From an uncultured Erysipelotrichaceae bacterium (lineage in GTDB: Bacteria; Bacillota_I; Bacilli_A; RF39; UBA660): 64,000 bases of DNA. The notes under the pieces were generated by a model. That model did no database searches, was not told the origin of the DNA, and saw nothing but the letters and a program-made list of their open reading frames with translations. This document shows positions 48,903 through 59,866 of this stretch, one piece after another (within the stretch, counting starts at the first letter, position 1; every line of letters starts with the position of its first letter). The stretch is from the NCBI GenBank assembly GCA_902780395.1, contig CACZFH010000001.1, positions 13,762 to 77,761 on the forward strand, read 5' to 3'. Position numbers and translations under genes: made by a program.

Positions 48903-49913
48903 TTATCTAACTAATTTTTCTTTTATTTTTAATACTTTATTCGCTGCTAATACCGGAATACCAGCAATAACATTTTTTTCATTATCATAATATGATATTT
49001 CAAAATTAATGATATCATCAATATTAAAAATACATTCCCCCAAAGAATTTACTTCTTTAAAAGTACAAGAATTCTGAGAAAGCAATTCTCCATAATAATC
49101 ATCACTAACAGCTATATCAATATCACGTGAATATTCTTTCAAATCATAAAGAACCATAGCCGCCTCAGCAATAACAACATACTTATTTGAATCCAAATTA
49201 TATTCATGTAATATTCTAATAATATCATCTTTATAAAATTTATCTTCATCTGCTAAACAAATATCTGTATTAGCTATTAATTCTTTTGTTTTTTCTTTAT
49301 CATCAGTATGCATTAAATAAACATCATACCCTTGATTAGTTAATTTCTTTAAAAAATCCAAATTATCTTCTAAATAGATATGAGCACTATTTTTACGAAT
49401 ATTCGTATCAATATAAATCTCACTTACTCCATCAAGTTTATCAATAAATGGTTGAAAAGTTGAAGTATCCCCAGTATACAATATCTTTTTTCCATCAATA
49501 TCTAATTTAAAGCCATAGCAATCCAAACCAACAGCATGGATAGTTTTAATAAATTCTATTTGTTCACTATGATCTCTTACTTCATAAAAGTCATCCAAAA
49601 CACCACAAATTTGCATTCTATTTCTAATATTATGACACTTAGTATAAATAACCGGTTTCTTATTTAAAACATATCTACAGTATAATATTAAAGTACTTAA
49701 AGAACCTACATGATCATCATGTAAATGAGTAATAATAATCTCTATTTTATCTTTTGCCCTCAAAAAACCATTATTTTGATCCATCATTAATAATTTACCA
49801 AATACTGTTCCTCCACAATCTATTAACAATAAATTATTATTTTGAACAACATAAGCCGAATTATTATTTAAACCAAAACCCGAATCAATTCCTAAAAACC
49901 TTAAAGATTTCAT
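48903..49913 (-). CDS. MBL-fold metallo-hydrolase with C-terminal extension
   Basis: IITHLHDDHVGSL metal-binding motif. Confidence 0.6.
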   Translation of the reverse strand: MKSLRFLGIDSGFGLNNNSAYVVQNNNLLLIDCGGTVFGKLLMMDQNNGFLRAKDKIEIIITHLHDDHVGSLSTLILYCRYVLNKKPVIYTKCHNIRNRMQICGVLDDFYEVRDHSEQIEFIKTIHAVGLDCYGFKLDIDGKKILYTGDTSTFQPFIDKLDGVSEIYIDTNIRKNSAHIYLEDNLDFLKKLTNQGYDVYLMHTDDKEKTKELIANTDICLADEDKFYKDDIIRILHEYNLDSNKYVVIAEAAMVLYDLKEYSRDIDIAVSDDYYGELLSQNSCTFKEVNSLGECIFNIDDIINFEISYYDNEKNVIAGIPVLAANKVLKIKEKLVR

Positions 49914-49932
49914 TAAATAACCTCACCTATTT

Positions 49933-51375
49933 TTAGTTTCCTTGTTTTATCTTTCTGCTAGCAACAGCATTATAAGCTTCTTCAATATCATTAAAGTAGA
50001 TAGTACCATCTTTTAATTTTTCATAAGTCTCATTACCTTTTCCAAGAATTAAAACCATATCTTTGGCTTCAGCCATATCAATAGCTTTTTGAATAGCTTC
50101 TCTTCTATCAATAACAATTTCATAATTAGTATGATTTTCTTTTAACTCCTTAATAATATCCTCACAGATAGCCACAGGATCTTCACTGCGTGGATCTTCA
50201 TAAGTAAAAATAGCATAACTAGCATTTTCCACTACTACATTACCAACCTTTGGTCGTTTATAAGGATCTCTTTCTCCTGCTTGTCCAATTACTACAATAC
50301 TTCTATTAATATCCAAAGTATGAACAAAATTAAGTAATTTTTGAATTCCATTTGGAGTATGTGCATAATCAACCATAACATAATAAGGCGTATTTGTATT
50401 TAAGAGTTCTAATCTTCCATCTACTTTTAATTCAGGGATTTTTGATAAAACATCATTTAAATGGAATCCTAAAGCTAACACACACAATAAAGCACAAGCT
50501 AAATTATAAACATTAAAGTCTCCCATCAAAGGACTCTTAATAGAAATAATCTCTTCCTTATACTTAAACTCTATATCAGTATGATCAGGATAAACTTTAT
50601 AAGAAACAATTTGTAAATCATTATCTTCTCCAAGTCCATAAGTCAATACTTGTCCATTACAAGCTTCCCTAGCCTGAGAATAATAAGCATCATCATGATT
50701 TAAGATACAATAGCCATCTTTTTTCGTTTGTTTAAAAAGCATTAATTTACACTCTAAATAATTTTCAAAACTACCATGTATATTTAAATGTTCAGAAGTA
50801 ACATTCGTAATAGCCGAGATATCAAATTGCATAGCTTGTAATCTTCCCCTAAAGAAAGCCTCACTAGAAGTTTCAATAGAAGCATATTTACATCCAAAGC
50901 GAACAAATTCATCTAAATATAAATATAAGTTTTGAGCATCAGGAGTAGTATTAGGATTATCTCCTTTAAACTTAGCACAACTTCTACCATTAGTACCTAT
51001 ATAACCACAAACATCACTTCCAATTAATGTTTGAATAATTGTCGTTGTACTAGTTTTTCCATCTGTTCCTGTAACACCTATCATTTTTAATGTTTGATCA
51101 GGATAATCATAGAATTTTTGACATAAATAAGGAAGTTCTAGATTCGTATCAGGAACCTTAATAACAGGGATATCTGGGTCAGTTATATCTTTACTTACAA
51201 CCAAAGCAGCTGCTCCATGCTTTTTAGCATCATCAATATAATCATGACGATCTGCTGTAACTCCCATCGTACATACAAATAAATCTCCTGGTTCAACTTC
51301 TTTTGAATTAATTTTAATTCCTTTAATAAGAACATCTGACCCAATACCAGGATATAATTCTTCTAATTTTTTCAT
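49933..51375 (-). CDS. murE: UDP-N-acetylmuramoyl-L-alanyl-D-glutamate--2,6-diaminopimelate (or L-Lys) ligase
   Basis: Mur ligase motifs (GVTGTDGKTST, central and C-terminal domains; DNPN-like GDNPNTTP). Confidence 0.9.
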   Translation of the reverse strand: MKKLEELYPGIGSDVLIKGIKINSKEVEPGDLFVCTMGVTADRHDYIDDAKKHGAAALVVSKDITDPDIPVIKVPDTNLELPYLCQKFYDYPDQTLKMIGVTGTDGKTSTTTIIQTLIGSDVCGYIGTNGRSCAKFKGDNPNTTPDAQNLYLYLDEFVRFGCKYASIETSSEAFFRGRLQAMQFDISAITNVTSEHLNIHGSFENYLECKLMLFKQTKKDGYCILNHDDAYYSQAREACNGQVLTYGLGEDNDLQIVSYKVYPDHTDIEFKYKEEIISIKSPLMGDFNVYNLACALLCVLALGFHLNDVLSKIPELKVDGRLELLNTNTPYYVMVDYAHTPNGIQKLLNFVHTLDINRSIVVIGQAGERDPYKRPKVGNVVVENASYAIFTYEDPRSEDPVAICEDIIKELKENHTNYEIVIDRREAIQKAIDMAEAKDMVLILGKGNETYEKLKDGTIYFNDIEEAYNAVASRKIKQGN

Positions 51376-51474
51376 ATTACCACCTAAAAATATTATACAG
51401 TAAACGAAAATGGAAAGAAAGATTTTTATTGCTAGAAAAAGGAATTTACGTTAAAATAGTAATGGTGATAATAA

Positions 51475-52380
51475 ATGAGAACAATGATATTTGGAGCAGG
51501 AACAGACTTAGGAGTTCATATCGATGGAGCAAATTTAGGTCCTGTTCAATTACTAAATGATATTAAATCTTTCTACCAAGGAGAAACTTTTTTATTAGAA
51601 AGAGATAAAGATATAATAAAAAGTAGAAATTTATCAGACCGTCGAAAAAATGAATATGAAATTGAAAAATTTAATTCTAAACTATATAAAACAATGGTAG
51701 AAAAAATAAAAGAAGAATACTTCCCTATCATGATTGGAGGAGATCATTCTGCTGCTATTGCTTCTGCCTTAGCAAGTGCTAAAGTAAATATTGACGTTGG
51801 TATGATTTGGATAGATGCTCATACCGACTATAATACCTTTGAAACAACCGTAACAGGAAATATCCATGGTCTTCCCCTAGCAGCAATTAATGGTTATAAA
51901 AACAATGAATTAAGATATTATCATGACGGAAAAATTATTCAACCATCTAAAACCGTTATTATTGGTGCTAGAAGTATCGATGAAGGCGAAAAAGATAATG
52001 TTCGCTATTCAGGTGTAACCGTCTTTACAACTGAAGATGTCAAAGAAAAAGGAATAGAAGCAGTCATGGACGAAGCTTTTAAAATAGCTGGATACAAAAC
52101 AAAAGGAATTCATATAAGTTATGACTTAGATGTCATAGACCCAGATGTAGCTCCAGGAGTAAGTATTCCTGAATTCGATGGTTTAACAGAAGAAGAAGCA
52201 ATGAAAATTAATGAATATATCATTAATCATATGAAAGATGTCTTATCCTTTGACCTAGTAGAATTTAATCCCTTAAGAGATATAGATAGAAAAACAGAAC
52301 AAATTGCTTTAAACATCTTAGCTCAAATAATTAGAGCTGCTGAAAATAAAAAGAAATTTGAACAAAAAACATATTATTAA
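51475..52380 (+). CDS. rocF: arginase
   Basis: Ureohydrolase Mn-binding motifs GGDHS, DAHTD, SYDLDVIDP. Confidence 0.85.
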   Translation: MRTMIFGAGTDLGVHIDGANLGPVQLLNDIKSFYQGETFLLERDKDIIKSRNLSDRRKNEYEIEKFNSKLYKTMVEKIKEEYFPIMIGGDHSAAIASALASAKVNIDVGMIWIDAHTDYNTFETTVTGNIHGLPLAAINGYKNNELRYYHDGKIIQPSKTVIIGARSIDEGEKDNVRYSGVTVFTTEDVKEKGIEAVMDEAFKIAGYKTKGIHISYDLDVIDPDVAPGVSIPEFDGLTEEEAMKINEYIINHMKDVLSFDLVEFNPLRDIDRKTEQIALNILAQIIRAAENKKKFEQKTYY

Positions 52381-52383
52381 AAA

Positions 52384-52409
52384 TAGTATCAACTGATACT
52401 ATTTTTTTT
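52384..52409. terminator. bidirectional terminator (arginase / ComGC-like pilin gene)
   Basis: Hairpin ATAGTATCAACTGATACTAT followed by T8, preceded by an A-tract. Confidence 0.6.
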
Positions 52410-52435
52410 AAGAAAAAGTAGTCCATATCTATTGA

Positions 52436-52611
52436 CTACTTAGCTGTTCCTGTTAAGGTTCCACTTTCAACTATATTAACAGTCTTAGAAGAAACAACAG
52501 CAATATCTTTATTACCCTCTCTAATATTACGAATCATTGGAATAGCAATTGCTGTAATAATTCCCATAATAACAATAGCTACTAATAATTCTACTAGCGT
52601 AAATCCTCTAT
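52436..52611 (-). CDS. ComGC-like type IV prepilin / pseudopilin (orphan)
   Basis: MMKNRG|FTLVELLVAIVIMGIITAIAIP is the canonical class III signal with G-1, F+1 and E+5. AGGTGAT RBS; the ORF-track start at 52672 is an extension. Confidence 0.8.
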
Positions 52612-52642
52612 TTTTCATCATATCACCTATATTATCATTATA

Positions 52643-52675
52643 GCAAAACAACAACAAAAAAAAGCAACTCAATTT
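52643..52675 (-). terminator. rho-independent terminator of ftsZ
   Basis: Hairpin AAAGCAACTCAAATTGAGTTGCTTT followed by U8 on the minus strand. Confidence 0.6.
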
Positions 52676-52691
52676 GAGTTGCTTTAATATA

Positions 52692-53840
52692 CTAAAAATT
52701 ACGATCTCTTAAGAAAGAAGGCATCTCAATATCTACACTACTAGAAGATGAAGCTTCCCCATCAGACGATGAATCACTTAATATCTCTGGTGGATAAGCA
52801 TAGTCTTCTCTATTTGGAACCCTCCTTGTAGCTTGTGCAGGAGTAGCATTAGCCACATAAGAATTATCTACTACAGCTGCCTGCTTCTTCGCTTTATCAA
52901 ATCCAGTTGCTATTACAGTAACAATTACTTCATCACTTAGATTTTCATTAATAACTGAACCAAATATAGTATTAATATCTGTATTAGCAGCACTTCTAAC
53001 AACTTCTGCAGCTTGTTCAGCCTCAAACAAAGTTAAATTTACTCCACCAGTAATATTAATAATAGCATCTGTAGCACCTTCTATAGAAGTTTCCAATAGT
53101 GGTGATGAAACAGCTTGTTTAGCAGCTTCTAAAGCTCTATCTTCACCCATGCCAATACCAATACCGATAATAGCACGACCACTTTTTTCCATAACTGCCT
53201 TAACATCTGCAAAATCAAGGTTAACTAATCCAACAACAGCAATCAAATCAGAAATGGATTGAACTCCTCGACGAAGAACATTATCAACTTCTTTAAATGC
53301 TTCTAACATTGGAGTAGATTTATCAATAATCTCTCTTAAACGATCATTAGGAATAACAATTAATGTATCTACATGTTTCTTTAATTCATCTATTCCTGCT
53401 AAAGCATTTTCCATTCTTCTTTTTCCTTCAAAAGAGAAAGGCTTTGTAACAATAGCAACCGTTAAAGCTCCTAATCCTTGAGCAATTTCAGCCACAACAG
53501 CAGCAGCTCCAGTACCTGTTCCACCACCCATTCCAGCAGTGATAAATACCATATCTGCTCCAGCTAAAGCATCTTCTATTTCTTTTTTAGATTCAACAGC
53601 AGATTCTTTTCCAACTTCTGGTTTTCCACCAGCTCCTAACCCATCTGTAAGACTAGCTCCAATTTGGATTTTAACATCTGCTTTAGAAGAATTTAAAACT
53701 TGTAAATCTGTGTTAGCAGCAATAAACTCTACTCCCTTAACCCCAGATTCAACCATTCTATTAATAGCGTTTCCACCACCGCCACCTAAACCGATGACTT
53801 TGATTTTCGCTAATTGATCCATTTCTAATCCGCCTATCAT
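52692..53840 (-). CDS. ftsZ: cell division GTPase FtsZ
   Basis: [13 protein letters not shown] tubulin signature and T7 loop; acidic/Ser-rich C-terminal tail. Confidence 0.97.
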   Translation of the reverse strand: MIGGLEMDQLAKIKVIGLGGGGGNAINRMVESGVKGVEFIAANTDLQVLNSSKADVKIQIGASLTDGLGAGGKPEVGKESAVESKKEIEDALAGADMVFITAGMGGGTGTGAAAVVAEIAQGLGALTVAIVTKPFSFEGKRRMENALAGIDELKKHVDTLIVIPNDRLREIIDKSTPMLEAFKEVDNVLRRGVQSISDLIAVVGLVNLDFADVKAVMEKSGRAIIGIGIGMGEDRALEAAKQAVSSPLLETSIEGATDAIINITGGVNLTLFEAEQAAEVVRSAANTDINTIFGSVINENLSDEVIVTVIATGFDKAKKQAAVVDNSYVANATPAQATRRVPNREDYAYPPEILSDSSSDGEASSSSSVDIEMPSFLRDRNF

Positions 53841-53852
53841 ACCTATTCCTCC

Positions 53853-55088
53853 TTAAGGTTTAAGGATATCCCCAAATACCTTATTTAGCATGTTTTCTTT
53901 TGAGATAGAAGAATCCATCGTTAGCAATGATTCTCCATCATCTTTGGAAATCATATTATAATGTTTTCCTCTTAACTCTAATTTATCATCAAAATATTTA
54001 ATAATTCCATAAGAACTACTATATTGATTATGTCTAATTCCTAAAGTAGTCATAGCAAGAACTTTCGCAACAAAACCAAACTCTTGTTCTACTAATTCTG
54101 AAAAACCAGACAACTCGGTCAAACCACCTGTTACAATTATATAACGTATTTCTCTATTTGTTAAGTTTTTTATTTCATTTTTAGCAAGTTTTAAGATTTC
54201 TCTTACTCTAGCTTCTACTACTTTAGAAACTCCCAATTGATTAATTTCTTTTGTATTCTCTTTATCAATCGAAAAAGTATATAAATCACCTGCATCAGCA
54301 TGATTAGCAATAGCTAAAGAAAAATCCTCTTTAATTCTTCTAGATTCTTTCAAACTAGCTTTAAACACATAAGTAATATCCTTATCTACATTCAAACTAC
54401 CTACTGGTAGAGTACTATTTTTAATTTGAATTCCTTTATTAAACACCGAAATATTAGTAGATTCTTCTCCTATATTAATAATAGCCCCTACTAATTCATC
54501 ATATTTATGATTTTTAATACAATAATAATCTCCTACTGAAGCAAAAGAAATATCAACTGTTTCTAAACCACTAAGTTTTAATACTTCAAGAATTCTATAT
54601 AAAGGTTCCTTAGGCACAGTACTAATAACTACCTTAGTACTTAAAGTACTACCCTTCATTCCTTTAGGATCTTTTATATCATTTTGTTCATCAACTGTAA
54701 AACTAATAGGCATAGCCGTAACCAATTCATCACTTTTAAATTCTTCTTCCTTCATAGCATCTAATAAAACATTACTAATATCTACACCTGTTATTTCATT
54801 ATAATCAACAACATTAACTGCTCCTAAGACAATATTCATCTTACAATTAACAGAAGGAATACAAGCCACAACTTTTTCTATTTTAATTCCCAAAGAATTT
54901 TCAATTTTTTTTAAAGCGTTTTTAACACTAGCTACAGCTAATTTAGTATCTTCAACAAACCCATTTTTGATACCTTTAGAAGGACTACTAACAGATGCTA
55001 AAACATGAAATTTATCATTTACTTTTTGAGATACCACTATTTTAATTCGACTAGTACCTAAATCAATTCCAGTATAAATATCACTCAT
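53853..55088 (-). CDS. ftsA: cell division protein FtsA
   Basis: Actin-fold motifs GIDLGTSRIKIVV…VTGGLTEL; immediately upstream of ftsZ. Confidence 0.93.
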   Translation of the reverse strand: MSDIYTGIDLGTSRIKIVVSQKVNDKFHVLASVSSPSKGIKNGFVEDTKLAVASVKNALKKIENSLGIKIEKVVACIPSVNCKMNIVLGAVNVVDYNEITGVDISNVLLDAMKEEEFKSDELVTAMPISFTVDEQNDIKDPKGMKGSTLSTKVVISTVPKEPLYRILEVLKLSGLETVDISFASVGDYYCIKNHKYDELVGAIINIGEESTNISVFNKGIQIKNSTLPVGSLNVDKDITYVFKASLKESRRIKEDFSLAIANHADAGDLYTFSIDKENTKEINQLGVSKVVEARVREILKLAKNEIKNLTNREIRYIIVTGGLTELSGFSELVEQEFGFVAKVLAMTTLGIRHNQYSSSYGIIKYFDDKLELRGKHYNMISKDDGESLLTMDSSISKENMLNKVFGDILKP

Positions 55089-55190
55089 AGAATCCTCCTA
55101 CCTTTAAAAATAATTATACATTATTTTCAAACTTTTGCAAACACTATTAAAAAAGAAAAGAAAAAAAACAATTATAACATCTTATAATTG

Positions 55191-55892
55191 TTATTCCATA
55201 ATTTTAAAGTGATTTCCATTATCTAAATATAAGATTCCATGATGTCCTTCTAATTGTTGTAATACTTCATTATAATGATTAATCATTTTAAATTTTGTTA
55301 ATGTTAAATACACCATATTTCCATCGTCCATATATAAAAGGAAACGATCTTTATCATAATCATTTGGCTGATATTCAATATCTCCTATCTTAGACAATGT
55401 ATTATCTTTTACTTTTCCCATATTTTCAATAAACTTTTTATACTTAGTATCTGGAACATAATTCAATAATCTTGGTACCCGAAATGTTTTACTAACATCA
55501 TTAACTCCTACGTTAGTAGCATCATCAAAAACATATTTTTGTTTATTCTCATCAAAGAACAAAGCTTTATTCTCTTCAACAATTATTCGAAAGACAAAAC
55601 CATATTCTTTTTTCAAACGAGCTTTATGAATATAAGGAGATTTTTCCAATTTCTTAGCAACCGCCCTAGAAGAAGTTAAAAGAAACTCTGGATAATCTTT
55701 CACTCCAGCAATTTCTAACACTTCATCATCATTTAAATACTTAGTACCTTCAACTATTAAATTAGCTACTGGTATTTGAAAACAATAATACACAACGAAA
55801 GAAAGCCCTGTTAAAACAAACAGAGTAAGAAAAAAATTCCATATTTTCAATTTCCTTTTTTTCACAATCTTTTTTGTCATATCTACTCCCAA
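55191..55892 (-). CDS. divIB: cell division protein DivIB/FtsQ
   Basis: Bitopic protein with POTRA-like region, between murB and ftsA. Confidence 0.7.
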   Translation of the reverse strand: MGVDMTKKIVKKRKLKIWNFFLTLFVLTGLSFVVYYCFQIPVANLIVEGTKYLNDDEVLEIAGVKDYPEFLLTSSRAVAKKLEKSPYIHKARLKKEYGFVFRIIVEENKALFFDENKQKYVFDDATNVGVNDVSKTFRVPRLLNYVPDTKYKKFIENMGKVKDNTLSKIGDIEYQPNDYDKDRFLLYMDDGNMVYLTLTKFKMINHYNEVLQQLEGHHGILYLDNGNHFKIME

Positions 55893-56791
55893 TTAACAAA
55901 TTCTTGTTCTATTCTCATATCAATTCCATACTCTTCAAGAACTTTATCATGGCACAAATCAATTAAATATTTTATATCATCAGCTGAAGCCCCATTATGA
56001 TTAACAATAAAATTAGCATGTTTATCACTAACCATAGCTCCCCCATATATTTTTCCTTTTAAGCCAACATCTTCAATTAATTTACCAGCAAAATTATCTT
56101 CTGGATTTCTAAACACACTTCCAGCCGAAGGATATTCTAAAGGTTGAGATTCCATTCTTCTTTGCTTTCTTTCTCTTATTACTTCTTCAATAGCTTCTCT
56201 TTTTCCTTTTTGCAAACGTAAAACTGCTTCTAAACAAATATAATCACGATGTTTTTGTAAGAAAGAAGAGCGATAATGAAATTCCATTTCTCTATTCTCT
56301 AAAGTTATAATTCTAAGTTCTGGAGTTAAGACTTTAACAGACTCCACAATATAACCCATATCTGATTTATAAGCTCCAGCATTCATAAAAACACTTCCAC
56401 CAATACTACCAGGGATACCTGAAGCAAACTCTAAACCAGTTAATCCTTTTTTAGCAGCCATTAAGCTAAGTTTTATCAAAGACACACCTGCTCCTACACG
56501 AACTTTATCTTTTCCAAAAAAAGTAATATCATTAAATTCATCTAATTTAATTAAAATACCATTATAATTCTTTTCACTAAATAATAAATTAGATCCTTTC
56601 CCTAATAACTTATACAAGATATCATTTTCTCTAAGAAAACGAATCAAAGTAACTAATCCATCAATATTTTGAGGAAAAACAATAGCTCTAGCAGTTCCTC
56701 CAACATGATAAGTCGTGTACTTTTTCAAGGAAGCGTATTCCTCAACTTTACCAATATTTAATTCTTTAATAGCATCAATATATTGTTCCAT
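55883..56791 (-). CDS. murB: UDP-N-acetylenolpyruvoylglucosamine reductase
   Basis: FAD-binding GGTARAIVFP… and C-terminal MurB domain motifs. Confidence 0.92.
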   Translation of the reverse strand: MEQYIDAIKELNIGKVEEYASLKKYTTYHVGGTARAIVFPQNIDGLVTLIRFLRENDILYKLLGKGSNLLFSEKNYNGILIKLDEFNDITFFGKDKVRVGAGVSLIKLSLMAAKKGLTGLEFASGIPGSIGGSVFMNAGAYKSDMGYIVESVKVLTPELRIITLENREMEFHYRSSFLQKHRDYICLEAVLRLQKGKREAIEEVIRERKQRRMESQPLEYPSAGSVFRNPEDNFAGKLIEDVGLKGKIYGGAMVSDKHANFIVNHNGASADDIKYLIDLCHDKVLEEYGIDMRIEQEFVNWE

Positions 56792-56795
56792 AAAA

Positions 56796-57872
56796 TCACC
56801 TTATAATCCTTTTTACTTCTTGATAAATACGACTAGCTGAATCGGAAATACCTAATTTTTTACTATTGTCCTGCATACTTTGATAATAGTCCTTATCATC
56901 AAATATAGCATCTATCTCCTGTAATATCTTATCTTTTGAAAACTCCTCTTCCAAAACAATCTTACAAGCTCCCTGATCAGCTAATTCTTTAGCATTTTTA
57001 TACTGATGATTATTTGTTACATAAGGAGAAGGTACCAATATTGCAGGTAATCCAATAGCTGTTATTTCTGCAATAGTACTAGCTCCTGCTCTTGAAACTA
57101 TTAAATCACTATCTTTCAATAAGCAAATCAAATCTTCTCGAAAAGGAACTACTTTACAATTATCAGGAACAACTACATCTTTATAATCATCAAAATAATT
57201 TTTTCCTGTAATTACTAACACTTGATAGTTTTTATTTGAAAAACTAGGTATTAATTCTTTTAATTTCTTAGTCATAGTTGTACTTCCCAAAGACCCCATA
57301 ACAACTACAACTAATTTTTTCTTTTCATCAAATCCTAAAGAAGACTTTAATTCTTTTTTTACATGAATTATTTCTTCACTTCTAGGATTTCCCGTATAAA
57401 CAACTTTTTCTTTTGGAAATAATTTTAAACTATTTGGTAAAGAAACGCAAATTTTATCAGCAAATCTACTTATAAATTTATTACTTACTCCTGGAATAGA
57501 ATTCTGTTCATGAATAAGAATTGGTACATGCAACTGATGAGCTGCATATAAAACAGGAGCTGTTATATATCCTCCTGCCCCTATAACAACATCTGGCTGA
57601 AACTCTTGAATAATTGTTTTTGCCTTTTTTACAGCTTGCAAAAACATTTTAGTAACTTGGATATTATCAAAAATATTTTTCCGATTAATACCTTTCATAG
57701 GAATACCAATAAAAGGAATATCTAATTTAGGAATAATATCTTTTTCCATTCTATCTGTCGTTCCAATATATAGAAATTCACAGTCTTTTTCTTTTTCTTT
57801 GATTTTATTCATAATCGCAATTGCTGGATAAATATGCCCACCAGTTCCACCTGCTACCATAATGACTTTCAT
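56796..57872 (-). CDS. murG: UDP-GlcNAc--lipid I N-acetylglucosaminyltransferase
   Basis: GGTGGHIYPAIAI and GT28 C-terminal motifs. Start at 57872 (GGAG RBS); the ORF-track extension is ignored. Confidence 0.92.
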   Translation of the reverse strand: MKVIMVAGGTGGHIYPAIAIMNKIKEKEKDCEFLYIGTTDRMEKDIIPKLDIPFIGIPMKGINRKNIFDNIQVTKMFLQAVKKAKTIIQEFQPDVVIGAGGYITAPVLYAAHQLHVPILIHEQNSIPGVSNKFISRFADKICVSLPNSLKLFPKEKVVYTGNPRSEEIIHVKKELKSSLGFDEKKKLVVVVMGSLGSTTMTKKLKELIPSFSNKNYQVLVITGKNYFDDYKDVVVPDNCKVVPFREDLICLLKDSDLIVSRAGASTIAEITAIGLPAILVPSPYVTNNHQYKNAKELADQGACKIVLEEEFSKDKILQEIDAIFDDKDYYQSMQDNSKKLGISDSASRIYQEVKRIIR

Positions 57873-58041
57873 AAAATCACTCCATCTATCAAAATTATAC
57901 CATACTTTCAAAAGAAAAATGGTATTATTCTTAAAAAGCAATCATACTTTACACTGTATTTTATGATGAAATTGTTCATCATAGAACAATTGAAAAAAAC
58001 TCCTATTTTTGATAAAATAATACCAAGAAAGAAGGTGTCCC

Positions 58042-59175
58042 ATGCATTCTATAGGAATTATTGCCGAATATAACCCTTTTCATAACGGACATGTCTATCA
58101 GATTAATAAAATAAAAGAAAAATATCCCAATGATATAATTGTCTTAATCATGACTGGAAATTTCACAGAAAGAGGAGAAGTAACTATTATCGATAAATGG
58201 GCACGTACTGAAATTGCTCTAAACCACGGAATAGATCTAGTAATTGAATTACCCTATCCATTTGCTACTCAATCAGCTGATTACTTTGCCTACGGAGGAA
58301 TAACATTATTAGAAGAATTAAAAGTAGATAAATTAATCTTCGGCAGCGAATCAAATGACATCGATACCATTAAAACAATTGCTAGTATTCAAATTGAAAA
58401 TAAAGACTTTGATAATCTCGTAAAATTCTATTCAAAACAAGGAAAGAATTATCCAACAGCTCTATCCTGTGCTATAAAAGAATTAACTGGCAAAGAAATA
58501 GAAACCCCTAATGATTTACTAGGAATTAGCTACTTAAAAACAATTTTAAAATACAACTACAATATTTCAGCCGAAACAATCAAAAGAACCAATAATTATC
58601 ATAATAAAAAACTAAATGAAACTATATCTAGTGGAACAGCCATTAGAGAAGCATTAAAAATGAATGAATCAATAGTAAATCAAGTTCCAAAAGATACAAT
58701 TTCTTATTATAAAACAATTCATACAATGGATGACTATTTTGATTTACTAAAATATAAAATTATAACTGAAGAAGATTTATCAAAATATCAAACCGTAGAA
58801 GAAGGAATTGAAAAAGTCCTAAAAAAAGAAATTAATAAAGCTACAAATTATGATGATTTTATTAAAAGAATTAAGAGTAAAAGATATACCTATAATAAAA
58901 TTAGTAGAATGCTACTACATATATTATGTAATTTTACTAAAGAAAAAGCTAATCAATGGAAAAAACCAGAGTATATTAGAATTTTAGGTTTTAATCAAAA
59001 AGGAAGAGAATATTTAAATACCATAAAAAAAGATATTAATCTTCCTATCATAAGTAAAATTAAAAGAGAAAAAAATAATATGTTAGAATTTGAAATAGAA
59101 ACAACAAACATATATAATATTAAAAAAAATAGTAATCAAAAAGAAGAAGATAAAATAATAATAAAAGGAGAATAA
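58042..59175 (+). CDS. tmcAL: tRNA(Met) cytidine acetate ligase TmcAL (YlbM/UPF0348 family)
   Basis: GIIAEYNPFHNGHVYQI nucleotidyltransferase signature of the YlbM family. Confidence 0.75.
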   Translation: MHSIGIIAEYNPFHNGHVYQINKIKEKYPNDIIVLIMTGNFTERGEVTIIDKWARTEIALNHGIDLVIELPYPFATQSADYFAYGGITLLEELKVDKLIFGSESNDIDTIKTIASIQIENKDFDNLVKFYSKQGKNYPTALSCAIKELTGKEIETPNDLLGISYLKTILKYNYNISAETIKRTNNYHNKKLNETISSGTAIREALKMNESIVNQVPKDTISYYKTIHTMDDYFDLLKYKIITEEDLSKYQTVEEGIEKVLKKEINKATNYDDFIKRIKSKRYTYNKISRMLLHILCNFTKEKANQWKKPEYIRILGFNQKGREYLNTIKKDINLPIISKIKREKNNMLEFEIETTNIYNIKKNSNQKEEDKIIIKGE

Positions 59176-59176
59176 T

Positions 59177-59866
59177 ATGATAAAACAAAAAAAACAAGGA
59201 CAATTAATAGTTATATCAGCGCCTAGTGGAGCTGGAAAAGGAACAATCATTTCAAAAATAATTGAAAATAATAAAAATATCTGGGTATCTATTTCTGCTA
59301 CTTCTAGAAAGCCAAGGAAAGGCGAAATTGAAGGAGTTAATTATTATTACTTAGAAAGAGAAGACTTTGAACAAAAGATTAAAGACGATTATTTCTTAGA
59401 ATATGCTGAATATGCCGGTAATTATTATGGTACCCCAAAAGGAAAAATTATTGAAAAATTAGAAAGTGGTAAAGACGTAATATTAGAAATAGAAATACAA
59501 GGAGCAAAAAAAATAAAAGAAATATTACCAGAAGCATTATTTATTTTTATCATGCCACCTTCAGAAAAAGAGTTATTGTATAGATTAAAAGGAAGGCAAA
59601 CTGAAAGTACAGAGAAAATATTAGAACGTTTCAATACAGCATATAAAGAAATCAATGAAGTTTCAAAATATAACTATGTAGTAGTAAATGATAAATTAGA
59701 AGAAGCTGTATTAAAAGTTGAATCAATTATTCGAGCTGAAAAATGTCGAGTAGATCGTATCGAAGAAATGTTAGTAGCCAACAAAGAAGAGATTATTCAT
59801 GAATTCTTAATGGAACAAGAGTTTGATAATAAAAGTATAAAAGATAAATTGGAGAATGAACAATGA
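59177..59866 (+). CDS. gmk: guanylate kinase
   Basis: SAPSGAGKGT P-loop and GMP-binding motifs. Confidence 0.93.
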   Translation: MIKQKKQGQLIVISAPSGAGKGTIISKIIENNKNIWVSISATSRKPRKGEIEGVNYYYLEREDFEQKIKDDYFLEYAEYAGNYYGTPKGKIIEKLESGKDVILEIEIQGAKKIKEILPEALFIFIMPPSEKELLYRLKGRQTESTEKILERFNTAYKEINEVSKYNYVVVNDKLEEAVLKVESIIRAEKCRVDRIEEMLVANKEEIIHEFLMEQEFDNKSIKDKLENEQ

